Below are positions 9,394 through 20,400 of a DNA stretch of 64,000 bases, one piece after another (position 1 is the first letter of the stretch; every line of letters begins with the position of its first letter). Source of the stretch: a virus. Taxonomy: Duplodnaviria; Caudoviricetes. A model generated the notes under the pieces. The model saw only the letters and a list, made by a program, of their open reading frames with translations. It ran no database searches and was not told the DNA's origin. A program made the translations under genes and the position numbers. The stretch covers positions 1 to 64,000 of IMG/VR virus record IMGVR_UViG_3300041986_000079; one strand, written 5' to 3'.

Positions 9394-10674
9394 ATGAGTA
9401 CTAAATCAATCCATGAATTAGTAGCACATAGCATTAACTGGAAGAAAAGTAATGTGTATTGTGCCGACAAGTTAGGGCTTTCGCTTCTACAATACAAGAA
9501 GATCAAACGACAAGTCTTATTAAACCAAAAGTTTAACGCTGATGCACCTGATCTTATAGAAGATACGATCATATCAATAGAGGAAAACCTCAAAGATGGT
9601 ACAGCAAAGATTACTGGTATCTCGATGTCAGAACCTCAGTCAGCTGAAGAGATCATTAGAATCCTAAAGATTGACTTATCAAAGTGGGAGTTAAATCGAT
9701 ATTGGAACAAACAACAACATAAGGGCTGGTTAGTATCAGCATTAGTTGCAAAGAAGAAAGAAGGCGACATTACAATCGAAGACGCTGAAGCCATTATCCA
9801 GAAGGTATTCCAAGACAAAGAGTTTAAACCTGTCACCTTCTATCCTACCATCTCCAATCAAAAAGCTTTATTTGTTTACTTATCAGACAGACATATTGCT
9901 GCTCATGTTTGTGGTATTGCTATGTACGAGAATCAGTATGATAAGACAACTTATGAGAAACGTTTAGCAGAAGTACTACATGAGATTTACTATCAAAAAG
10001 ATATTTTCGGTAAGTTTGAGGACGTATTCATTATCGATTTGGGAGATAAGATGGATGGTCTTGATGGTTACACTACCAGAGGTGGTCATAAGTTACCTCA
10101 GAACATGAGTAATAGAGAAGCATTTGAAGTAGCTGTTGGAGCAGAGAAGAACTTCATAGACTCGCTAATGGAGTCAGATACTGCAAACAACTATCATGTT
10201 TATCAGAATGCTAACTCAAACCATGGTGGTGACTTCGACTATATGGTTAATCGTGCTATTGAAATCTATACAAATACAAAGTATCCACAAGTACAGACAC
10301 GTATCTTTGAGAAGTTCATTGAGCATCTAACATATGGTAATCACTTGTTTATGTTTACACATGGTAAGGATGATGCTGATATGAAGCATGGTTTACCGCT
10401 ACATCTAAATGATAAGGTTGAGAACTACATCAATAAGTATATGATGTATAATAACCTTTATGGACAAGAGCAACGTATATCTTTAATAAAGGGTGACTTA
10501 CACTTATCTGCTTGTGAAGAATCATATGGTTTTAGATACCGTAACGTATTATCTTTATTTGGAGGTAGTAAGTGGATAGGAACAAACTTTGGGCCTAACA
10601 AACCTGGTTGTAGTTATGAGGTAGTTGAGAAGCATACTGATCGTATCTTTGAAGGCAAGCTCATGTTTTCATAG
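9394..10674 (+). CDS. Calcineurin-like metallophosphoesterase/nuclease with a putative N-terminal HTH
   Basis: Motifs SDRH, LGDKMDG, SNHG, THG and GDLH in the calcineurin-like order. Confidence 0.8.
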   Translation: MSTKSIHELVAHSINWKKSNVYCADKLGLSLLQYKKIKRQVLLNQKFNADAPDLIEDTIISIEENLKDGTAKITGISMSEPQSAEEIIRILKIDLSKWELNRYWNKQQHKGWLVSALVAKKKEGDITIEDAEAIIQKVFQDKEFKPVTFYPTISNQKALFVYLSDRHIAAHVCGIAMYENQYDKTTYEKRLAEVLHEIYYQKDIFGKFEDVFIIDLGDKMDGLDGYTTRGGHKLPQNMSNREAFEVAVGAEKNFIDSLMESDTANNYHVYQNANSNHGGDFDYMVNRAIEIYTNTKYPQVQTRIFEKFIEHLTYGNHLFMFTHGKDDADMKHGLPLHLNDKVENYINKYMMYNNLYGQEQRISLIKGDLHLSACEESYGFRYRNVLSLFGGSKWIGTNFGPNKPGCSYEVVEKHTDRIFEGKLMFS

Positions 10675-10679
10675 GAAAC

Positions 10680-10708
10680 TTGCCATATTTTTTGTAAATT
10701 ATTAGTAG
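10680..10708 (+). promoter_or_regulatory. Phage promoter-like motif
   Basis: TTGCCATATTTTTTGTAAATTATTAGTAG, 12 nt before the ATG at 10721. Confidence 0.65.
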
Positions 10709-10720
10709 AAGAGCCTCTAT

Positions 10721-11305
10721 ATGAAGGTATATAAAGAACCAGATTTAAACGCTCCTCGGTATCGTCCAAAGAAACTAAACATACTTAGTCAAGATACTTA
10801 CAGAAACTTCTTACAGAAGAATCCAAAGTATCGTTCTTTAACGTATCAAGAGTATAAAGAGATCGTCATTGCAATAAACGGCAAACTCTGGGAAACAGTT
10901 ATAGATAATAGAGATGGGGTAGAACTACCAGAACATCTTGGTTATTTATTCATAGGTACATGTAAGCGAAAGATTACAGATAACACAGACTATCAGAAGT
11001 CTGCGATCTATGGTGTCAAAGTACAAAGACAAAACTGGGAGTCAGATCAGTTTGTAGCAAAGATCTTCTATACGAACTTTGAAGTCAAGTACAGATTTAA
11101 GTTTCATCATATGTGGGGCTTTACTGGCGTTAGAGACTTTAAACGTACTGTTGCAAAGACTTATCCGATTGAGTGGAAGAAATATCCCGTGATCGATAAC
11201 TTTCAGCAGGTCTCTAGAATGTTTCGGATATCAAATCGAAAGGATCTACAAGATAAGAAAACAGCTGAAGACCTCATTAACTATGATGAGTTCGACTTAG
11301 ATTAA
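10721..11305 (+). CDS. HU/IHF-like DNA-binding protein (crAss-type)
   Basis: Basic protein with YKEIVIAINGKLWETVIDNRDGVELPEHLGYLFI (HU-like helix then V.L..LG.L.I strand); sits before the tail-ring genes as in crAss-like phages. Confidence 0.6.
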   Translation: MKVYKEPDLNAPRYRPKKLNILSQDTYRNFLQKNPKYRSLTYQEYKEIVIAINGKLWETVIDNRDGVELPEHLGYLFIGTCKRKITDNTDYQKSAIYGVKVQRQNWESDQFVAKIFYTNFEVKYRFKFHHMWGFTGVRDFKRTVAKTYPIEWKKYPVIDNFQQVSRMFRISNRKDLQDKKTAEDLINYDEFDLD

Positions 11306-11312
11306 TACAATC

Positions 11313-11990
11313 ATGGCAAGAACCACTATTGGAGAAGTTATCTCACGAGTACGTAATCAGTTAAAGGCTGTCAAATCAGACGCCTTTTTAACTGATCGTT
11401 TTATTTATAGTCTTATACTAAAACACGCTAAGTGGTTAATGAAGCGTGAAGACGGTAAGAATAAACTGATGTCGTTCTCTTCTATTTTTCAAACGCTTGA
11501 CTATGTTGAGCTTATTGAGATTGATCGTGTCGAGGCACAGTGTACTGGTATTAAGTCTGGTCTTACATTTAGACGTACAAAAGCAAAGATACCTGCATTT
11601 ATGCAAGGATACTGGGGACCATTAATCCGTTCAATAACTTCTATTGATGGTAGTGAGGCATTACAACCAACAACTCCAGCAACGTTTTTGAATATTGCTA
11701 ATCAAAAGAACTATAAGTATAATAATACAAAGTACTTTTGGTTCTTGAATGATCACTTATACTTTCCTGATCTTGATTGGGATGCTGTAAAAGTAGAAGC
11801 AGTTTTTGAAGATAGTATTGGATGTTGGAACTGTGATCCTTCTGACGACTGTAACTTTAGACAACTAGAACCGTTTAATGTTCCTGACTTCTTGCATGGT
11901 GAGATTGAGTCAAACGTAATGAAAGACTTCGGTGTAACTTTACAGATACCATCTGATGTATCTGCTGATAAACAAAGCAACTTTAGATAA
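11313..11990 (+). CDS. Tail ring / tubular protein (crAss-type)
   Basis: MARTTIGEVISRVRNQL...LTDRFIYSLI N-terminus typical of podovirus ring/adaptor proteins; position upstream of the muzzle gene. Confidence 0.65.
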   Translation: MARTTIGEVISRVRNQLKAVKSDAFLTDRFIYSLILKHAKWLMKREDGKNKLMSFSSIFQTLDYVELIEIDRVEAQCTGIKSGLTFRRTKAKIPAFMQGYWGPLIRSITSIDGSEALQPTTPATFLNIANQKNYKYNNTKYFWFLNDHLYFPDLDWDAVKVEAVFEDSIGCWNCDPSDDCNFRQLEPFNVPDFLHGEIESNVMKDFGVTLQIPSDVSADKQSNFR

Positions 11991-12901
11991 TGAATGTAGA
12001 TCTTCAATACCGCACCTTTGACGAGTTGATGGCATCCGTGTCATCTGACTTTCGTATGTATAATCTTGAGGGAATGATTGAGCCAGCTGATCTTATCAAA
12101 GTTGCTCAACGTGTTTCTTATGATCTCGGTCTTCGTATCAATAAGACAAAAGAGACAGTGCTTGAGATCACAAAAGGAAAAGCTCGTTTACCTCTTGACT
12201 TCTATGTACTTAACAATGCAATGTTGTTAGGTCAGTATAAAGTAAAGACCCCTGTAATGGCTGGTCGTCAAACAGAAGAGTTAACACTTGTTGTTGATCC
12301 TGGTGTTTGTAGATCATGTGGCTCTGAAGCTACTGTTTGTGGATGTACTGATACGTATACTACATCAACTCAGCAGCATGGTGACAACTATGGAGAGGTA
12401 ATACTTGTTGAGAAGATCAGAAACGAGGTTAGAATCTACGATCACTTCGAAAGAGTACATATGAACCCAAGTAAGTTTTTATCTCGTTACGCTCAAAGTA
12501 TGGGGCTTGCAGGTAATAGTACTGCTTGGCATGCAGAGATTAAGAATGGTTTTATACATACTAACTTGACAGAAGGTAAGGTTTATATAAACTACGAGGG
12601 AGCTTTGGAAGATGAAGATGGTAACTTATTAGTTCTTGATCATCCAATGATTAACGAATACTATGAGTATGCTTTAAAAAAACGTATTCTTGAGAACTTA
12701 TTTATGAACGGAGAGAATACAGTTACTAACCAGATTCAACTTATTGAACCATTGTATAGAGCTGCAAGAAACAATGCTTTATCAATAGTTAATACTCCTA
12801 ACTTCCAGGAGATGCATGATCTATGGGCTAAGAATAGAAAAGCCCAATACAATAGATATTATGCAATGTTTAGTTCAGCTTCAAATACTACCTTTAAGTA
12901 A
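11990..12901 (+). CDS. Tail ring / tubular protein (crAss-type)
   Basis: GFIHTNLTEGKVYINYEG...DEDGNLLVLDHP..YYEYALK pattern; TAATG coupling to both neighbours. Confidence 0.65.
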   Translation: MNVDLQYRTFDELMASVSSDFRMYNLEGMIEPADLIKVAQRVSYDLGLRINKTKETVLEITKGKARLPLDFYVLNNAMLLGQYKVKTPVMAGRQTEELTLVVDPGVCRSCGSEATVCGCTDTYTTSTQQHGDNYGEVILVEKIRNEVRIYDHFERVHMNPSKFLSRYAQSMGLAGNSTAWHAEIKNGFIHTNLTEGKVYINYEGALEDEDGNLLVLDHPMINEYYEYALKKRILENLFMNGENTVTNQIQLIEPLYRAARNNALSIVNTPNFQEMHDLWAKNRKAQYNRYYAMFSSASNTTFK

Positions 12902-15900
12902 TGGCAACATCACCAAAAGATAACGCTAGTGTAATCAATACCTTCTCAAAGGGTATGATGAAAGACCTTAACGAAACCTTCGTTGGTGAAGGCGTATGGT
13001 TGCATGCACGAAACGCTGTCAATAACTCACATGATGGGCAAGTTGGTGTTCTTGGTAATGAGCCTGCTAACTTACACACAGTTGATTTACCCTACTCGTT
13101 AATCGGTTCTATACCTATTACAGATGGTACATGGGCTTTATTTACAACAGATAATATTGACTCTGAGATAGGTATCTTTGATGCTAACCTTGGAACATAC
13201 AAGACTGTTGTTAATGATCGTGGGTTAAACTTTCATAAGAATAATCTGATTACGGGAGCATCTCGTAAAGGATTTGATTGTGGATATAAAGTATACTTTG
13301 ATGATGCTCGTCGTAATCCATCTCGCGTATTAGATCTTGACAACGTACCTTACGTTACAAAGAAGGTAAAGCAAGGTGAATGTTATATTGAACAATCAAC
13401 AGGAGTACTTAATGTTGAGCAGATGCGTCTTGCTCAAATCTTAACAATACCTTGTATAAACATAGAGAAAGGTAAAGCTGCAGGTACATTACGTAATGGT
13501 TCTTATCAAGTTGCTATTGCCTATACAATTAATGGTATTCGTGTTACTGACTATCTTGTTGTATCTGAAGTACAGGGGTTATTTGAACATGATGGAGAAG
13601 GAGGTAGTTTAACCGTTGATATCTCTAATACAGACCAAGATTTTGATGAGTTTGAGTTAGTACTCATCTCAGTAGTAAATAATCAAACTACAGCCAAAAG
13701 ATTAGGTATATACTCTGTTAATCAGAACCGTGTATACATTGATTCTGTTGAACCAGATCTTATCACAGTACCACTTGAGCTTATACCATTGGTGACTCCA
13801 GCAATTGAGTCATCTGATGCAACATTTAGATTAAACAACTATCTTGTTAGAGTTGGTATACAAAGTAAGTTTGACTTTAACTACCAACCATTAGCTAATA
13901 AGATTAAGACTAAATGGGCAAGTGTTGAGTATCCTGCAAACTACTACTTAAAAGGTGGTAATAATACAGGATATATGCGAGATGAACAGTATGCTTTCTT
14001 TATCAGATGGATATATAATACAGGTGATAAGTCAGCATCATATCATATTCCTGGTAGACCTCCTCGTACAGATGAGCGTAACTACTTATTTTCTGCAGAT
14101 GCAAGTGCTATTGAAGGAGATGAGTCACCAGAAGTATGGAAAGTAAAGAATACAGCTGAGGTTTTATCTGTTCCTAATACACAACGTGCAGACGGTGGTG
14201 TACTTATTGCAGAAGGAGAGATGGGCTTTTGGGAGTCTACTGAGATTTATCCAGATAACAAACCAGAAATCTGGGGTAACTTATGTGGAGAAAAGATTAG
14301 ACATCACAAGTTTCCTGATAACTCATTAGCTGAACAAGTATATCATCAGTCACAAGGTGGTGATAAGATACGTGTTCTTGGAGTTAAGTTTGAGAATATA
14401 TCTGTACCAGTAGACAATGCAGGTAATCCGTTAACTGATGTTATTGGATATGAGATTCTTAGAGGATCAAGAGAAGGTAATAAGACTGTTGTTGCAAAGG
14501 GTTTACTAAACAATATGCGTCAACATGATATGCCTGATCAACCTGGAGTAAAAGGTTTGTATCAAAACTATCCATACAATGACCTAAGAGAAGATCTTTT
14601 CTTAACATCAAATAAGAGTTTTATTGATGGTGGTGCAAGAAACAATCGTTTACAAGATGGTCTTAAAGAGTATAGAAAAGACATGTTTTCTTTTCATAGT
14701 CCTGATACATCATTCTCTAAACCATATCTTTCAGCATCTGAACTTAAAGTATACAGTGAAGTATACGGTACGGCAGAAGGATCGTTCAAGTATGTATACA
14801 AGCATCCACAGTTTAAGATTCTAAGTGAGGCTGCAAAAGGAACCATTGATGCATTACTTAGTACTCTTATTGCAACTAATCTCCTTACAAATGCGGCAAA
14901 AACTATTAAGTTTGGTGGCACAGAAGGACAACCGTTTGAGTTCTCGTTAGGTGGTGCTGTATCAACACCATCAACACCTGCTGCTGCTGGTACATTTGGT
15001 GGTGAAGTTGCGGCTGCTATTTCTGTTGCTGCTTATGTTGCTAACCTTGCGATTTATACAGCAAACATCGTGGCTTTAGTTTATGCTGCTAAGTTATTAA
15101 AAGATCAGTATAGTGAAAAGGTAATAAATGTTGTTGCAAGCATGATACCAAAGCGTCAGTTTGCAACACAATATGACTCACATGGATTCTATAGCAACTA
15201 CAGTATTAATACAGGTGTTGATAATGCTCGTAGAAAAGTAGCTGATGCTTTCTATATTGGAGATAACTTACAGTCTTACAATGAGTATAGAATTAATAAC
15301 TTACACAGAGGTAAGTATGTATTAGTTAATACTACCCGTGAGTTTGATGCTCCAAAAATAGTTGATACTAGTAGAAACACAAAGACTCAGTTACAAACTA
15401 ATCTTAACACAACTGTTACTTCTGCTATATCAGGATACTATGGTGCCATTAAATCAGCATTTCCATCTCAGTATGGTCAGTTAGAATCTATCAAGCAAGT
15501 TCCTGTATATACATGTGTGTATCAAACTCAACCAGATAAAACAAAGGTTTATTCAACTGATGTATTATTTGGAGGAGATATTTATATTGGTCGTTACACA
15601 GAAAAGAATCCGTTCTTATTTTTCCATGATTGGTTATACGATCAACAAGATGAGTTGTTATATGACTATCGTGCAAGAATGTCTGTGGCTTATCCAAGAT
15701 ATTGGTTAGAGAATACAGATGCAAAACGTTTAGTAATAGATGGTACAACAGCGTTTTCACACTTAGACGATAGACATGAAGTTGATGCTTATGTCGATAA
15801 AGGACACTTCTATTTATTCTGTAATGGGGTTAGAGACTTCTTTGTTGAATCAGAAGTAAACTTAGCATATCGTGATTGGGATGAGACTCCTGATAAGCGT

Positions 15901-17490
15901 CACTACGATCCAGATAAGTATACTGATCTTACATCAATGTTTAGATCAGATATTATGAAGAAGGGTAACTACTACAAGTATGATTACTCTCTTAGTGTAT
16001 CTAAGTTGTATAATAACTATGTTAGTTGGGGTTCAATGCAGCCTCGTAGCTACGATCCAAAAGTAGCTGAACAATGTTATAGTTACTCACCAAACAGAAT
16101 CATGTATTCTCTTCCACAAGAGCAAGAGCAAATGCAAGATAACTGGGTGCGTTTCTTACCTAACAACTACATCGATATGAGTGGTAGAGTAACAGCATTA
16201 AAGTCTGTTGGTCATACAGGGGCTCTTATTATGTTAGAGAATGAATCACCAATAATGATTCAAGGTGTTGACTCACTACAAACAGATGCAGGTATTAAGA
16301 TTACCGTTGGAGATGGAGGTTTATTTAACCAACCAATGAGAAACATTATGAATACTGATGATGAGTACCAATACGGTTCATGTCAGAGTAAGTATGCTAT
16401 TGTTGGTATACCAGCTGGTGTATTCTGGGTATCTCAAGAACAAGGTAAAATATTCCAGTATGCAGGACAGTATAAAGAAATCTCAAGAAATGGTAACAAG
16501 TGGTGGTTTGCTAAGTATCTTCCTTCTCAGTTGCTTAAGTCTTTTCCAAACTTTGCTCACTACGATAATCCTCTTATTGGTGTTGGCTGTAACATGTCCT
16601 ATGATAATACTAATGAGATCTTATACATTACTAAAAAAGATTACAAGCCGATAAACAAGAATCTTAAGTATGATACCGTTAATGGATTTTATACATTAGG
16701 TCAAGAGTTTATTGATAATGGTGTTGTTAAACAAACAAAGACTGCTGTAACCCTTGGAGATCCATTGCATTTTGAGAATGCTTCTTGGACAATGAGCTAT
16801 GATATTAAGAACGAACAGTTTTTATCTGTTCATGACTGGCATCCTAACTTTATTATTCCAGCAAGAAGTTCATTCTTAACTGTACAAGATAAAGGTGTGT
16901 GGAGACATAATAGTAGAACAGACTTATACTGTAACTTCTATGGTGTTGATTATCCATTTGAAGTAGAGTATGTAGCATCAACAGGTGTTAATGTAGCTAC
17001 TGTAAAGAACGTTGAGTACATTCTTGAATGCTTTAAGTATCTAAACGATGGTAATGATAAGTTCCATCTTCTTGATGATAACTTTGATAGAGCTTTAGTA
17101 TACAACTCAGAACAAGTATCAGGTTACTTAGACCTTAACTTAAAGAAAAAGAACGATCCTATAAGTTTGTTACTATATCCAATGGTTCAATCTGATAGTA
17201 TAAAGATCAACTACTCAAAAGAAGAGAACAAGTATCGTTTTAATCAGTTCTGGGACATTACAAAGAATAGAGGTGAGTTTGTTAATAACGAAGTCCCTAT
17301 GTTTAATGTATCATCTAACGGATACACAAGAGCTCTTAATCCAAAGTATGTTGACTATAAGAAGTCAGAGATTGAGCGTAAGAAGTTTAGACACTATGCA
17401 AACCGTGTATTCTTGCGTAAGATAAAGAGTGGTTCAACCAAAATGTTATTTAAGCTAATAAGCACTAAGCTACAAATCAGTCAACGATGA
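12901..17490 (+). CDS. Muzzle / tail stabilisation (nozzle) protein
   Basis: 1529 aa; NTFSKGMMKDL...ARNAVN N-terminus, beta-rich body, GGNNTGYMRDEQYAFFIRW motif; lies between the ring genes and the cargo genes. Confidence 0.75.
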   Translation: MATSPKDNASVINTFSKGMMKDLNETFVGEGVWLHARNAVNNSHDGQVGVLGNEPANLHTVDLPYSLIGSIPITDGTWALFTTDNIDSEIGIFDANLGTYKTVVNDRGLNFHKNNLITGASRKGFDCGYKVYFDDARRNPSRVLDLDNVPYVTKKVKQGECYIEQSTGVLNVEQMRLAQILTIPCINIEKGKAAGTLRNGSYQVAIAYTINGIRVTDYLVVSEVQGLFEHDGEGGSLTVDISNTDQDFDEFELVLISVVNNQTTAKRLGIYSVNQNRVYIDSVEPDLITVPLELIPLVTPAIESSDATFRLNNYLVRVGIQSKFDFNYQPLANKIKTKWASVEYPANYYLKGGNNTGYMRDEQYAFFIRWIYNTGDKSASYHIPGRPPRTDERNYLFSADASAIEGDESPEVWKVKNTAEVLSVPNTQRADGGVLIAEGEMGFWESTEIYPDNKPEIWGNLCGEKIRHHKFPDNSLAEQVYHQSQGGDKIRVLGVKFENISVPVDNAGNPLTDVIGYEILRGSREGNKTVVAKGLLNNMRQHDMPDQPGVKGLYQNYPYNDLREDLFLTSNKSFIDGGARNNRLQDGLKEYRKDMFSFHSPDTSFSKPYLSASELKVYSEVYGTAEGSFKYVYKHPQFKILSEAAKGTIDALLSTLIATNLLTNAAKTIKFGGTEGQPFEFSLGGAVSTPSTPAAAGTFGGEVAAAISVAAYVANLAIYTANIVALVYAAKLLKDQYSEKVINVVASMIPKRQFATQYDSHGFYSNYSINTGVDNARRKVADAFYIGDNLQSYNEYRINNLHRGKYVLVNTTREFDAPKIVDTSRNTKTQLQTNLNTTVTSAISGYYGAIKSAFPSQYGQLESIKQVPVYTCVYQTQPDKTKVYSTDVLFGGDIYIGRYTEKNPFLFFHDWLYDQQDELLYDYRARMSVAYPRYWLENTDAKRLVIDGTTAFSHLDDRHEVDAYVDKGHFYLFCNGVRDFFVESEVNLAYRDWDETPDKRHYDPDKYTDLTSMFRSDIMKKGNYYKYDYSLSVSKLYNNYVSWGSMQPRSYDPKVAEQCYSYSPNRIMYSLPQEQEQMQDNWVRFLPNNYIDMSGRVTALKSVGHTGALIMLENESPIMIQGVDSLQTDAGIKITVGDGGLFNQPMRNIMNTDDEYQYGSCQSKYAIVGIPAGVFWVSQEQGKIFQYAGQYKEISRNGNKWWFAKYLPSQLLKSFPNFAHYDNPLIGVGCNMSYDNTNEILYITKKDYKPINKNLKYDTVNGFYTLGQEFIDNGVVKQTKTAVTLGDPLHFENASWTMSYDIKNEQFLSVHDWHPNFIIPARSSFLTVQDKGVWRHNSRTDLYCNFYGVDYPFEVEYVASTGVNVATVKNVEYILECFKYLNDGNDKFHLLDDNFDRALVYNSEQVSGYLDLNLKKKNDPISLLLYPMVQSDSIKINYSKEENKYRFNQFWDITKNRGEFVNNEVPMFNVSSNGYTRALNPKYVDYKKSEIERKKFRHYANRVFLRKIKSGSTKMLFKLISTKLQISQR

Positions 17491-20400
17491 GTTTTAACAG
17501 ATCATTATTATCACAGATTACAAAAGATCTAAACAAGAAACCAAGTAAACCAAAGGTTCCAAAGAATCAATGGCAACATCCTGGTGAGATAACTACTATA
17601 TCATCTAATAACATTACGATGGATGCTGTTAGTTATCCTGTGCTAGGTGTTCCTAACTTTGGACAACCTCAAATGATGTATCCAGATCAACAATATCATT
17701 TTCCTGAAGCAGATAATGTTACTGAGTATCCAATGATGGCTAAAGGAGGGTATACTGTAACAAGAAGTCATGATCGTAAAGGTAAGACTCATAAAGTAAC
17801 AGGTCCTGATGGTACTGTTAAATACTTTGGTGATTCAAAGTTAGGACAACATCCAAAAGATTCACAACGCAAAGCAGCTTTTTATGCACGTCATAAAAAG
17901 AACTTAGATGCTAATCCTTACTTCAGAGCTTTTGCTAGAGCTACATGGCAAACTGGTGGAGAGTCTGAAGATCCAATGCAGTATGCATTATCTCGTATGA
18001 AGATGACTCCATCAAGTCCAACAATGGATCAGATTGAAACTGTTGCTGGTTTTATACCAGGTATAGAATCAGCTATTGATCTTAAGGATATGGTAATGGG
18101 AGCTGTTACTGGTAATTATGCTCAAATGCAAAGAGGTAAGATAGGAGCTGTTGCTCCTTTATCTGGTAAAGCATTAATGGGAAGTTTAGATATTATGTCA
18201 CCTGGATCAAGTAATAAGATTAATGACATAGTTAATATGAGTAAAGCAGATCAAGCTAAACTATTCAAAAAATATGGATATGGTGGTTATGATCAATGGA
18301 TAAAAGCGGGCAAACCAAAACTTGAACAAGGTGGTGAAATGATACGTAGAGCTGATGGTTCTTATTCAAGACGTGGTCTTTGGGATAACATTCGTGCTAA
18401 TAAAGGATCAGGTAAAAAACCTACAAAAGAGATGCTAGATCAAGAGCGTAAGATTAAATCAAAGATGCAACTAGGTGGTCTTTGGGATACAAACAGAACA
18501 GCTTGGGTTGATAGTGTTAATAATGCAAACATGGATAAAAACTTTGTTCAACGTATGTATAATCCTAACGCACCTCAAATGTTTTTACCTGGAAATAAAA
18601 AACCAAGTACTCACTTCATGGAATCTGGAGACTCTCGTGTTTATCCTACTGTAGTACAACGTCCTGGTAATAAGTTTCTTGAGTGGTTAAATCAAAATAA
18701 CCCTGATGGTGCTATAAACTATGCTTTAGACTCAGGGCAGTACATACAGTTTCCAAATGATGAACAAGCTCAATGGTATGGTCAAAACGGATATAAATCT
18801 GGCACTGGTGTAGTTACAGGTAAGAAGAAGAAGTATGGTGGTTTAGCACAATATCAAAAAGCTGGACAAGTTAAGGTACCAAAAGGTTATGTTAATATAG
18901 AGCAACAGTACGGTTTACAAGAAGGTACGAAAGAGTACTATGATAAAGCTCTTGAATTATATGGTGAAGATCCTGCATTAAGATTTATGTGTAAAGGAGA
19001 TGGTTGTGCAAAGATTGCAGTTGACGCAGCAAATGCATATACTCCATGGTACAGTACTAACTACAATAGAGGAGATGCTTGGCAGATTGGTAATAAAAAC
19101 AGTGTTGATTATCAAAACCCTACGTATGCTAATTTGATCCAAGCAAAAAATAATAAACCTCTTCCTAATCCTACATCATATAATGTAGCACCAGAGTTTT
19201 TAGAAGCTCAAGGATCTTTGATTGGACTTAACCGTAACAATAATAAAGCATCTATCAAATATGCTAAACCAGAAGATAGTCGTCTTTATGAACACATTGG
19301 TTATCAAATACGTAATGGATTGTTATTACACGGCACTAAAGGTAATGATGAACATCCTAATTACTTCATACTTGATGATATGACTAATGGTGTTAAGCTA
19401 AATGGTATAGGTCAATATGAACCAACTGAAGTAATTAATAGACCTAGTATTATGCAAAGATTACAAAATCATCAAAAAGGTGGTAGTATTTATGACTACA
19501 TGACTACTCATGGAATGAATGGTAGTTTTGCAAGTCGTAAAAAGTTGTTCAACCAGTATTTTGGTACAGGTTATACAGGAACAGCTGATCAAAACATGCA
19601 GATGTTGCAAATGATGCAACAGGGTAAGTTTAAGGCTCCAGCACAACCCATGATGGCAACGCCTTATACACCACAACCTGCATTCCCTGGAGCTACTACA
19701 GGTCTAAGTTTCCTCAACCAAACAAAGGTACCTTATACTAAAAAGCAACCTATATACAAACCTGCTCAAAAACCTAGTTTGATTGAACAACAAGTTGATT
19801 CAAGTATTCCTGATGTAATTCGCAAAGGTCTTGGTTATATTGGTATCCCCACTAACGTTTCGCAACTAGCTTTACATAAAGCTGGAATGGATAGTCGTAT
19901 GAGTAATGAGTCATTATCAGATGATGAAAAAATCATTCTATACCAAACTATTCTTAACGCACAAAAAAGAACAGGGAATCCTACAAAAGGCGGTACTGCG
20001 TATATTGATTATGGTAATCAAGGATATGGATCACCAGAAGATTATCGTAGATGGATTGTTAATGGAGATATTCAAGTAAATCCAGAAACAGTAAAGAACC
20101 AGTTTACAAATCCTGGTTTTAGAATGGCAACAACAGTTGGTCGTGGTAGTTATCAAGTTGATCCAAAAGATCCTAATGTCATTCATTATACAGACTCATA
20201 CGATTTTGTTAAGCATGATAAAGACGAGTTGTTTAAGACAAAAGATAAGAACTCATATCAATCATTCAGAACAGGTTTATCTGAGCAAGAAGATCCTAAC
20301 GCTGAGTCAGATCCAATGCGTCAAGCACACTTTACCTTTAATAAAAAGGATATGGATGCTTTAATAGCTAATAAAAGAAAAGCTGTAGCATCAATGCGTA

